The position numbers and the translations under genes were made by a program. This document shows positions 11,952-22,678 of a DNA stretch of 64,000 nt, piece after piece; position 1 is the first letter of the stretch, and each line of letters begins with the position of its first letter. The notes beneath the pieces were generated by a model that had not been told where the DNA came from, searched no databases, and saw only the letters and a list, made by a program, of their open reading frames with translations. The DNA comes from Eledone cirrhosa (Eukaryota). The stretch spans positions 176,824,001-176,888,000 of the forward strand of contig OZ024743.1 in assembly GCA_964016885.1 (NCBI GenBank), in the 5' to 3' direction.

Positions 11952-12767
11952 AATATATAAACAATCATCTGGTTGTGGAACCAACCAACCAACCAGAAAT
12001 TTATAAATTCCTAAATTTATAAATTTATTATAATAAATTGAAGTGAAAGCAACTGGTGCGTGTGTTTCTTATTGGCAACATGACCCTCCCAAAGTATAAC
12101 AATATATATATATATATATATATACTACCAGAATACCAGGTGTTGCTCATGTTGTGAGGTAGCTGTAATTGGATGAGAAAATGTAATCTATGGCACCAAT
12201 ATGCACTCCATGTAAGTAAATATCATACAGCTGTTTCAGTCATATTAAATAACACATGATTAAGTGAAAGTGAAAGCAGCTACATTTCATTTGAAAGTAT
12301 CATTAAATAAAATATTTTCTTTACAACTTTAAATTTTTAGTGCATAATGAAGGAGGACTGAGTAATGACTGTGGCTATTTTCAAAGGCTCAGAGGGAAGG
12401 AGAGAGGTAACTTCAAACCAGAGACCTGGCCCAAATGCTTGCAAAAGAGAATTTTGAATTTGAGGGGGATGATCAAGATTTTCTCTCTTTAAAATAAAGC
12501 AGTCATTAAAGAACCATGACATGTTTCCTTTCAAATAACCACTGAATCGATTTCCTAAAATTTCTGAAGATTGTTCATGGATTTATAATTTGATGGCACA
12601 TCATCTTGTAGTTAAGGAGTGGGACTCATGTTAAATTGTGGGAGCAGGGTGCTTAATTTTATGTTGCTTTTCATGTTAGGAGTGGGTACCTCTAAAACTA
12701 AAACACTTGAGAAATGTCCTCTGAGATATAACCACATTTCAAGCCATTCAGCCAAAGCTGTATAGGT

Positions 12768-13155
12768 GTCTTCTTCTTCTTCCCCCACTTATTCTTGAGA
12801 GGACCATGGGGACAGAGTCCTCAAACATTCCTTCTAGTGAGTCGTGTCAGAAGCAACTGACACCAACTCATCCAGCTGTATCCCCAAATAAGACCAGTCA
12901 AGCTCATGGATGTTATCCAACCATCTTGCTTGGAGTCTACCCTTGGGTCTCCTGCCAGTTGATTTTACTTGTAAAATCTGTCCAGTGATTCTTTCCTGAG
13001 ACATTCTAACCACATGCCCATAGTATCAGAGCTGTGATCTCTCAATTCGGAGAAGTAGTGGCTCTACCTGGAGTGACTCTCTGATCTCCACACTCTATAG
13101 AGTAACGTTACACCAAAGACCCTTTGAAGGAACCCCATTTCGGCCGCTTGTATGG
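12768..13155 (-). mobile_element. RTE-type LINE 3' fragment with (gaa)n tail
   Basis: Minus strand resembles an RTE C-terminus (EPLLLRIERSQL.YYGHVVRM...RPKGR) and is related to 19590-20070; tail appears as gtcttcttcttc on the plus strand. Confidence 0.7.
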
Positions 13156-13394
13156 GCATAAGATGTAAATTCAATTTTTTTTCTTCCTGAGTAGATTAGC
13201 ATTTGTTGACACAACATTAGTTACTATAGCAACACCTGACATATGCCAGCAGGTTGTTCTATCAAACACTAACTTGTTATTTTCTAAAAGAAGCTGAAGT
13301 CCATCCATTACAAATTTCTTATCATCACGGTCTGGTAATTTATATGCAAATGATTCTAGCCAGTATTTAATAGCTTAAAGTTTATAACTGTGTG

Positions 13395-13435
<41 letters not shown>

Positions 13436-13482
13436 TACATATATACATGTGTGTGTGTGTGTATATATAATTGTATCTTCTT

Positions 13483-13514
<32 letters not shown>

Positions 13515-13519
13515 GCGGC

Positions 13520-14360
13520 GATGAATTAGAATCCATGATGAATTAAAATCCCTGATCAGCAAAGCCTACCCTTTTAAGAAAACCCACTGTACCAATAGGA
13601 AATGTATCATATGTAAGGTGAACCCCCGGATAAACTGTAAAACTAGAAACGTAGTCTATAGCATAAGATGTACAGAGGGTACTTGCAGAAACATGACAAC
13701 AACATACATAGGTGAGACAGCTCGTAGCATAGGTGAAAGGATAGACCAACACTGGGGGGAACTAAAAGGACGAAAAAACGGGTCAGTACTATACGAACAT
13801 GCTAGACAATGACGGTAACATAGACAACATAGAAATTAGAATAATATCTAAACATAGGAATGACCCAGCAGATAGGCAAATCAGAGAGGCCAGTGAAATA
13901 GAAATTAGAAGACCAAAGCTAAACAGAAAGAATGAGTGGAACAACAACAACACCCAAACAAACAACACTGACCTAAGGGAAGTATAAATAAGTAAATAAA
14001 ATAAAATAAAATAAGATAAATAAATACATACACAAGCACAATAACAACAAGCACATAAACACACACTAGCCACCCAGCAGACACAACACTATACACACTA
14101 GTCACACATCACACATAACACTATACACACACGCAAATGCATGCGCAAAGAAGACAAAATAAAATAAGATAAACAAACAAGCAAATAAATAAATAAATAT
14201 GTAGACAGACTGAACAACAAAAAAATGGCGTAGACATACAACAGGAGGAACAATGAATATAACACCACTGACGATGTTGCAGATGTGCAACGAAAGATTT
14301 ATGTCCTCAAACACTCCTTCTAGTGAGTCGTGTCAGAAGCAACGAAAGATTTATGTAAAT
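13520..14360 (+). mobile_element. Penelope-like element 3' fragment: GIY-YIG endonuclease remnant + 3' region with hammerhead core
   Basis: NCKTRNVVYSIRC..C....YIGETARSIGERIDQH (13618-13812) then RQIREASEI..RPKLNR (13799-13987), joined across a frameshift; bounded on the left by (TA)n. Confidence 0.85.
14263..14304 (+). ncRNA. Hammerhead ribozyme core (degenerate stems I and III)
   Basis: CTGACGA-t-gttgca(gatg)tgcaac-GAAA at 14268-14295, downstream of the Penelope GIY-YIG ORF. Confidence 0.6.
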
Positions 14361-14566
14361 TATGTAAACTATATATATGTGTTTGTGTCTATATTGTATC
14401 TGTATTATTTTTGACCGTCGGTCAGTCAATGGCAACATTGAGGACCGAGTAAGTTAGATCGCAGATATAAAAGACAGCGAGAAGCGAAAACCAACCAAAC
14501 AGTGAGTGTGTTCTGTTATTAATTCTGGCAATATTACGCAAATATGACCCTCCCCATATATATATA

Positions 14567-14760
14567 TAGGAATGAGTAGGACCCCGACGACTGAGCTCAA
14601 ACCGTTTCGACGGCTTTTAGTCCAGAATTAGCCGTCGAAATGGCTTGAGCTCAGCCGTCGGGGTCCTACTCGTTCCTATTACCCACTCTACTACCCTAAG
14701 TATTGAGTACTTTGGTGCGTTATGGTCCACCTGGTTCCTTACCACATTTCCTTCGTTATA
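14567..14760. mobile_element. Foldback element, copy 2 of the 8372 family
   Basis: Same body gtccagaattagccgtcgaaa...ccttaccacatttcc, with a shorter inverted arm at 14567-14615; flanked by (TA)n. Confidence 0.7.
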
Positions 14761-15079
14761 TATATAGATATATGTAATGTGGGTAATAATGAATATTATC
14801 CAATTACAAGTATGATAATAGCTCAATGTAAAATAACAAGTATACTACAGAGCTGAAATACATTATAAATAACAATCAAACAGTGTTTAAACCATTTATG
14901 CTTACTTTCCATATTATATATCTTCCTAATGTTCTCATGACAAACTTCTGATATTATTTTTGTGTTTTAACCTTTATTATATACTCTGTTGCTTCTGGCC
15001 TTGTGCTAGGATGAAATGATTGTAAGTGATTAAATGGTTTAAACACTCTGATTATTATTTATAATGTGTGTGTGAATAT

Positions 15080-15862
15080 ATATACATAAAATGTACGCAA
15101 TGCAGATCTTGGGTACACAAAAGATGTAGTGGGATAGCAGGCAAACTAACAGGTATGGAAAACTACGTATGCAGTAGATGTACAGGGAAAGTTGGCAGTA
15201 GTAATCGCAGTGATAGACACATTTTTCCAATGGAGGTGGGTTCTATAGAAGTGGTTGATAGCTTCCGGTACCTAGGTGATCAGATTAGCATGGGGGGGGG
15301 GGGGGGGGGGGCAGAGTATCTAGAATAATACTGTTGGAAGAAGTTTAGGGAGCTGCTTCCTCTGTTGAAAAAGAAGGGTTTCTCCCTGTGTACAAAAGGA
15401 CGGTTACATGATGCCTGTGTGAGGGGCGCGATGCTGTATGGTAGTGAGATATGAGCAGTAACTGCAGAGGATATGCGACGGCTGGAGAGAAATGAAGCAA
15501 GCATGCTCCGTTGGATGTGCAATGCCAGTGCGTGAACGACCAAGCATAGACGAGTTGAGAAAGAAACTGGTATAAGAGGGATAAGTTGTGATGCGCAGGA
15601 GAGAAGGCTGAGATGGTATGGACATGTGATGCGCATGGAGGATGACCGCTGGGTAAAGAAGTGCCAAGAAATCCCAGTAGAAGGAAGACGCAGTAGAGGT
15701 AGACCACGAAAAACATGGGCGGAGGTGGTTAGAGCAGACCTCAGATCGCTGAAACTCACGGAGGAGATGACGAAGGACTGTGACAAGTGGAGAGATGCTG
15801 TGCTGAATAGGACCTGTCCAACCCTTGCAAGCAGGGAAAAGCAGACGTAAAATGATGATGAT
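15080..15862 (+). mobile_element. RTE LINE 3' fragment
   Basis: KCTQCRSWVHKRCSGI, EVVDSFRYLGD, RLRWYGHVMRM, RSRGRPRKTW; tail acccttgcaagcagggaaaagcagacgtaaaa(tga)n. Confidence 0.88.
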
Positions 15863-16707
15863 AATATATATTCCACACAGTTACAATATGTATATATACA
15901 CATATATATATATGCATGTGCATATGCATATATATATATATAAATTTAATGAGCTATCTGTATAGATTCCATCTTGCTCTGCCGTTATTCACTCACTCAA
16001 TGAATTTACAAAAATCACGTTGTAAATATCAGAGTGGACAACACATGTTAATTAGTAGATAAACAGGTTGGGAACCAATAATATGCCCCAAACTGTACAG
16101 TTTCACTGCAATGTATTCTGTGCAACATATGTATCAGAAAGAGCTACACATAGAAGTCATGTAATGTTTCCTATAATTATAAACATTACATAACTATGAC
16201 AGACAAAGCCAATCATCAGCAGTGTTGAGTCCTAATCCAAATGGAAGAGACTGACACAGTCAATATGAAACTTCACAGTTACAGTGATAGCAGTTTTATA
16301 CTGTGGCAGAATCACGTGACCTTCTAAAGAGGAAGGCAGTAGAACTCAGCCATTAGCAAGAAACACACTCTCGGCAGTAAAGTTCAAATAGCTGAATAAG
16401 CGCTGGAGATCTCAGCCAAGTTGTTTATGTGAATAACAAAATCAGAAATACAAAATATATATGAATTGAAGTAATATAAAAAAGAATAAAGTTCAAATTA
16501 CGATTAAAGGAAGGTATCCCACCAGGGAGAAATTATAAGTTAACGACCTAACACAGCACCCATGTCCTAACACCCCACCCTGCATACATGTCCCTACACC
16601 CAAGTGTATAATGGACATGTGTTGAGTGGAAGAGAAGTAGCCACAGGAAGTGTGGGGGTGTGTATGTGAGAGACTGTGGTAGCAGAGTTCTAAGGGAGGA
16701 CTAGAGG

Positions 16708-16756
<49 letters not shown>

Positions 16757-16760
<4 letters not shown>

Positions 16761-17460
16761 CGTTGTCATCATTTAACATCCATTTTTCACATTAGCATGG
16801 GTTGGACATGATGTCCCATTGTGAGAGATCCAGGTCAGAGGACCATGTCTTGCTCACACAGAACTGGCTTGGGTCTGATTTCTACGGTTGGATGCCCTTT
16901 CTAACGCCAACTACATTTACAATGTGTACTAGATGTTTTTTGCTGTGACACCTACATGACCACTTTACAGTATTTGCTGGGCGCTTTCTATCGTGACTCC
17001 TACACGACCAATTTACAGCATGGGTTAGACAGGGTGTCCTATTTGAGGCAAGTCAAAGTCAGATGACCATGTTTGGCTCATACAGAACCGATTTTGGCTT
17101 GGTTTCTACAGCTGGAGGCCCTTTCATATTTACAGTGAGGCAAGACCTGTACACGCTCACTTTATAAGTGTGGGCTGGGTGCTTTTTGCTGACACCTACA
17201 TGACCACTTTACTGAGTGCACTGGGTGCTTTTTGTTGACACCTACATGACCACTTTACTGAGAGGACTGGGTGTTTTTCACTGTGATACATGACCACTTT
17301 ACTGTGTGGTCTAGGCATATTATTTTGTCGCCAAAACGACCAGTATAGTGTGTGCTAGGTGCTTTTTGTCGTGACTCCTACATGAACACTTTACAGTACG
17401 GACTGGGCACCTTTTGTCATGGCTCCAGGATGTCATGGCTTTATGGTGTGGATTGGGGAC
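16757..17460 (-). mobile_element. RTE 3'UTR/SINE-tail-derived element with internally amplified ~40-bp units
   Basis: Tail catcatttaacatccatttt..agcatgggttggac and ggatgccctttctaacgccaac, followed by repeated gggtgcttttt..gacacctacatgaccactttac. Confidence 0.7.
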
Positions 17461-17905
17461 TTGGGTATAGGAGGATATATATATAGCACACAGAGCTAAA
17501 TATGAATTATTAAGTATGTATATATGATATAACTTCACATTTGAGAAAGAAGTGGTACAGGGCTACATCCAGCTATGACAACCTCTACTTCAATTCTAAA
17601 ATAAACTGAAAATGAACTACTTCATACATGTTGTTCCTGAGAAGAATTTGATGTAAAACAGCTGCGAAAGAATAGAAAAATAGAAAAACTTAAAATTTCT
17701 AATACTATCATTAAAATATTAAATACAATTACATATTTTAAGGAGTGTTCTTGTGAATGTATGCCCTTGTGTATATATACATATGTGTGTAAACATGTTT
17801 ATATATATGTATGTGTGAGGGTTTGTATATATATGTATGCACAATTGTGTGAATGTGTATGTCTTTGTGTATGTATATATATGTGAGCATGACTATATGT
17901 CTGCG

Positions 17906-17938
<33 letters not shown>

Positions 17939-18057
17939 ATACATGTGCATATACATATATATATATATCTAAACTATAATAAAGGAGGGTCTGCGGGACT
18001 GCATACGGTTTATTTCTTTTAATCCAGTTAGTAAAATAAGTTGGATTACTTTGAATA

Positions 18058-18250
18058 AATAATTGATTCTACTTTAGGCACAAGGCCAGCAATTACCCAG
18101 TGTATTACTGGTACTTTATTTTATCGACCCCGTAAGGATGAAAGGCAAAGTTAACCTCGGCGGGATTTGAACTCAGAATGGCAAGGGCCGTAACTCTATG
18201 CGCCAAAGCATGGCATCCGACACTCTACCAATACTGACAATCCACCGCCT
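18058..18250 (-). mobile_element. tRNA-derived SINE (same family as 9001-9205)
   Basis: Reverse complement closely matches 9001-9190. Confidence 0.88.
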
Positions 18251-18899
18251 ACTTTGAATAAATAATGAATGAATATTACATAATTTATCTACTAAATTTT
18301 GTAAACATAAATAATTTCATAAAAATAAATAATTTAAAATTGACTTCTTTTCAAAGTTGCACTTCCGGTATATCATCGCCACCACCCCCATTTCAACTAC
18401 CATATATATAGAAAGAGAGAGAGTGTGTGATGAGAGAGATGGAGAGATTATAATTTTCTACACCTAACGCGTATGAGTGTGAACATACATATATCTATAT
18501 GTATGAGTATATAACTATAATCGCACAAACACAAACTTATAAAGGTACATAATTCACACAAATACACATACATTCACACAAACATACATATTTTCACACA
18601 AACATACATACATTCACACATATACTTTCACACAAATACACATACTTTCACACAAACATACATACATTCATACATACATTTACACAAACACACAGTCATG
18701 ATAGCAGCGTTCGGTGAAATTGGAAATGGGAGGGTAAAACAAGTATAACGTTTTATTTATTTATTAACTCTTTTTTTTAAAAACTCATTTTGGTTACAGG
18801 ATGAAAACACTAACAAATATAATATATACAAAGGAAAAGTAAAGGGAAAGGAAAAAAAGAAAGAGAAAAAATACACAAGAAGGTAATAGACACATCTTA

Positions 18900-19450
18900 G
18901 GCCACAGAACAATATGCAGGCGAAAGAGTGATAAAACGAGCTGCTACCAGAGCAAAAGATAGCAATATAGCGAGGAGCACTGGGAAACCTCTCTAATAAT
19001 TTTTGGGGCAGGCCACCATGCTCGCAGCGTTACCTGGGTGATGGCGGGGCTGAGGTGCTGGAACAACAAAGTGCCCTCATGAGCATCACCAGTTACCTCT
19101 GTTTGGCGAGCCGCCAGTGAAGACAAGAATCTCGCTGTCAGTAGCCCGACTCCCCCAAACGTCTCAAACGCCACAGGCTGGATAATGTAGTTAGCTGACA
19201 GAACACGGTATTTTAGGATTTTGTTCCACTCAGCTGCAGATGCTGTAGCTCTCGCCCTTACTGCTACATCCAGAATGTGGGAAGAAGCAAAAAAGTCACT
19301 AACTGTGAGGTCCCAGGTAAGGCCCCTGCCTCTTGATCAGGAGCACAGAGTAAGACATCAAGTCTTTTCCCATCAATTCAGGACAACCCAGATGGTTCCA
19401 GAATTGAGGGGATGTTTGCCCGGGCCAAAGCTCTTGAGTGCTAATAGGAC
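18900..19450 (-). mobile_element. CRE-clade (RLE endonuclease) non-LTR retrotransposon 3' fragment
   Basis: DGKRLD...GRGLTWDLTVSD and PVAFETFGGVG...FL..L......TGD..E...LFQHLS.AI.QGN, typical of the CRE C-terminal restriction-like endonuclease. Confidence 0.75.
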
Positions 19451-19589
19451 TGTGTATGTATGTGCATGGGAGTTTGTCGGCGTTCTTAAATTAGAGACAC
19501 GTGTGTGTGTGTGACGCTGTTTTTAAGTTAGACATATATATGTGTGTATCCCTTTCCTTCCTTTTACACAAACACACATACGCACTGCG

Positions 19590-20070
19590 TGATGGACGGG
19601 TGGACAGAAGTCCCTCAAATTTATATACATGTAAATGGAGTTCCACTGAAGCAGTTAGAGAAATTCAAGTATCTTGGAACCGTGTTCATGAGTGATGGAA
19701 TGCAGGCGGCTGAATTAAGTGCAAGAATTGCCAAAGCTGATGCAGTAATGCGCCGGCCTCAGCATTCAGCAATCAGATGAAGCGGGGTAAGTGTAAAAGC
19801 CAAACTCGCTGTCTTCCTGGTATTCCTGCCAACTCTTACGAGGATCATGAATCTTGAGTAATGACCAAAAGAATACAATTGCAAATAAAAGTGGCAGAAA
19901 TGGGATTCCTCCGAAGGGTCTGTGGAGTAACGTTACTCGATAAAGTGCAAAACTCAGAGACCAGAGAGTCACTCCTGGTAGAGCCGCTACTTCTCTGAAT
20001 TGAGAGATCACAACTCCAATATTATGAGCATGTGGTTAGAATGTCTCAGTAAAGAATCCCTGGACACATA
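19590..20070 (+). mobile_element. RTE LINE fragment (post-RT region)
   Basis: VNGVPLKQLEKFKYLGTVFMSDG...ELSARIAKA, then EMGFLRRVCGVTLLDKV, EPLLL. Confidence 0.75.
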
Positions 20071-20074
20071 ATAA

Positions 20075-20700
20075 ATAATTATTGTTGGTAAAGTGGTAGG
20101 TAAAATGATTATAGTGCGTAAAGTTGTGGGTAAAATGATTATTGTAGGTAAAATAATTATTGTGGGTAAAGTGATAGGTAAAATAATTATTGTGGGTAGT
20201 GGTAGGTAAAATAATTTATGTGGGTAAAGTGGTGGGTAAAATGATTATTGTGGGTAAAGTGGAGGGTAAGATAATTGTGGGTAAACTTGTGGGTAAAAAA
20301 CGGATCCCCCTCCCAAACAAACAATGGACCCCACCCCCTAAATAAAAAACGGATCCCTACCAAATATAAAAAGGACACCCAAATAAAAAAACGGATCCCC
20401 CCCAATAAAAAAACGGATCCGAAAATAAAAAACGGATCTTCCCCAAATAAAAAACGGTTCCTCTCCAAATAAAAAAGGGATTCCCCCAATAAAAAACGGA
20501 CATCCACTCCAAATAAAAAACGACCCCCACCCCCAATAAAAAACGGATCCCTCCAAATGTAAAACGGACCCCCCCCCAAATAAAAAAAGGATTATTGTGG
20601 GTAAAATAATTATTGTGGGTAGTGGTAGGTAAAATAATTATTTTGGACAAAATGGTAGGTAAAATGATTATTTGGGGTCAGTGGTAGGTAAAATAATAAT
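20075..20700. repeat. Composite minisatellite: gtgggtaaaatgattatt-type flanks around a ~21-bp aaataaaaaacggatccccc core (20295-20590)
   Basis: Both unit types are directly visible in the sequence. Confidence 0.85.
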
Positions 20701-20701
20701 A

Positions 20702-21045
20702 ATGGAGGCACATGGCTTAGTGGTTAGAGCATTGGCCTTGCAATCGAAAGGTTGTGAGTTCAATTCTCAGACCGGGTGATGTGTTGTTTCCTTGAGCAAG
20801 ACACTTTATTTCACATTTCTCCAGTTTACTCAGCTGTAGAAATGAGATGATAGGGACTGGTCCCTATCATTCCACTGCAAAGTGGTCGTGGAGGTGCCAC
20901 GGCAAAAAAGCACCCAGCACTCACTGTAAATGAGGTTGGTGTTAGGAAGGGCATCCAGCTGTAGAAATCAAGCCAGAATCAGTTCCCGTCCCACCCTTGC
21001 AAGCAGGGAAAAGTGGACGGAAAATGATGATGATGATGATGATGG
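20702..21045 (+). mobile_element. tRNA-derived SINE with RTE-like 3' tail
   Basis: A-box tggcttagtggtta, B-box gagttcaattc, core gtgttgtttccttgagcaagacactt, tail cccacccttgcaagcagggaaaag..(gat)n shared with the RTE at 15820; near-identical to 60300-60693. Confidence 0.88.
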
Positions 21046-21214
21046 GTAAAATGGTAAAGTGGTGGCTGAAATCAGAAAAGGGAGAAAGAGGGCAGGAAGT
21101 GGAGTAAAGGGGGTAGGGAAAGAATGGGTTGGAAGAGGCAGAAGCGGAAGTAGGGGAGGAAAAACATCAAGAGAAGGAAGGATGGAAAAGAGGAAGGAAG
21201 ACAGCAGGTTAAAG

Positions 21215-21330
21215 ACACAGTAATATACATGGACATTCACCATCACTGATGCCCATCAGCCTATCATTGGAGCAAACTTCCACCAGGTTCACTCACAGCT
21301 GGTCGATAATCAGGGGAGACAACTCGTATA
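21215..21330 (+). mobile_element. Small Ty3/Gypsy protease-like remnant
   Basis: Translates YTWTFTITDAHQPIIGANF...LVDNQGRQL, resembling the W.F..AD...PIIGADFL..LLVD protease C-terminus. Confidence 0.45.
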
Positions 21331-21544
21331 TATAAAGCTGCTGAATATTATTTATTATCTTATTGAGTTCTTTGTGCAAAGCTTCCAAATATTGCTTTTT
21401 CGTAGGATGCCAGCCGATGCTGCAACTTCGATTATACTCACATTATTGTTATATATATATATCGACAATCGATCGATTTTCCTCAAATTGGACCCAGGGA
21501 ACAATGTTTCCATTCGTCTTTCCAATTGCTAATACTCTCTATTG

Positions 21545-21675
21545 GTTGCAGCTCCAGGTAGAAGGAGCAACATGAAATAATGTGTCTTGCCCAAGGACAC
21601 ACCGCATCGCTCGGTTTGGGAATCAAAATCACAACCTCACGATTGCGAATCCAATTCTCTAACCACTCGGCCATA
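21545..21675 (-). mobile_element. tRNA-SINE head fragment
   Basis: Reverse complement gives tggccgagtggttagag...gaggttgtgattttgattccc...gtgtccttgggcaagacac. Confidence 0.7.
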
Positions 21676-21774
21676 TATGTATATATATATATACATATAT
21701 AATGTCCATTTTCTATACTATTCATATATGTATATATATATGCATGTGTGTATGTGCATATATATATATATATA

Positions 21775-22666
21775 CAGGGTGCGGACGATATTTGTTCGCA
21801 AGATTACTGTCTAGGAAAAAATAACACAGTAGTTTTATTTTTTAAGATATATTTATCAAACTTGGGTCAGTTTGTCTTCATGACTTGTTCTTTCGATCTC
21901 ACTCGATAAACCCGCCATCGGCTTTGATGAAGGTCTCTAGGCAGCTTAGACCCGGCTACAGGCCTTCGTCACTGTCCCCCGACTTAGGCCCCTAAAAGCA
22001 CTTGTGATCCTGGCCTCCAGATTGTCTTTCGTATTGCAGCTAGATCTGTTGGTGCTTCGTTCCACTGCGCCCCACACAAAGAAGTCGAGGGGCTTGAAGT
22101 CAGGCGAGCTGGGAGGCCAGATGTCAGGTGAAGTGTGGTCAACGAAGTTCTCTGACAGTCAGGCTTGGATCTTTCGGCTGGTATGGCTGGCTGCTGAGTC
22201 TTGCTGCCACACGTACGGCCTACCTGCAGCTACCTGGTCAATCCAGGGCTTTACTACCTTGCTCAGAACATGGATGTAGCCATCGGTGTTTGTGCTTGAA
22301 GCCCTCAGGGAAGAAGTGAGGTGGCATGACATCACCTTGACTGCTGACGACACCTAAGACCAATGTTGTTGCTGGAAACTTTGTCTGGATGACTCTGGGC
22401 ACGTCTTTGGATGAGACAGCAAGCCACCTGTTGTTCTGGGAGTTGATCTTCTGGTCTTATTTGTCCTCCCGGCGTGGATTCCAAGAAGAACTCTGTGTCT
22501 CTTCCACAAATTTGGAGGTTCAAAATTATTCATAATCAATTATTCTGAAAATAAATAATGGAAATATAGTCACTGTTTTTATGAAGACAAGAATGACAAT
22601 GGAAGTAAAATAAATTTGCATAAAATTAGCAGTTGAAAATTGCGAACAAATATCGTCTTCACCCTG
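21775..22666 (-). mobile_element. Tc1/mariner DD37D (maT) transposon, internally deleted, copy 1
   Basis: TA-flanked TIRs cagggtgcggacgatatttgttcgcaa / ttgcgaacaaatatcgtcttcaccctg; transposase remnant WQQDSA. Confidence 0.92.
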
Positions 22667-22678
22667 TATATATATATA

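Larger units (their letters stand above)
11152..12105. mobile_element. ~950-bp spacerless palindrome between (TA)n tracts; probable inverted Penelope-like pLTR pair
   Basis: Left arm 11152-11621 is the reverse complement of right arm 11622-12105 with scattered differences; centre ctctgtga|tcacagag. The mirrored ORFs 11293+ and 11964- confirm the symmetry. Confidence 0.9.

Noticed and set aside
11293-11964. Mirror-image Cys/Val-rich ORFs
   Set aside because: By-products of the palindrome and its TG-rich composition.
14900-14950. Possible 42-nt minus-strand micro-exon (KFVMRTLGRYIIWK|gtaagc)
   Set aside because: Poor polypyrimidine tract, and its phase does not fit the phase-1 acceptor at 8320.
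17575-17690. Strong minus-strand acceptor (tttttctattctttcgcag) as a possible CCDC138 exon
   Set aside because: The downstream frames are short and show no similarity to the expected upstream CCDC138 peptide; it needs RNA-seq.
20710-20775. tRNA gene (also at 9001, 49005, 60308)
   Set aside because: A and B boxes continue into SINE bodies and tails, with no complete cloverleaf; these are SINE heads.
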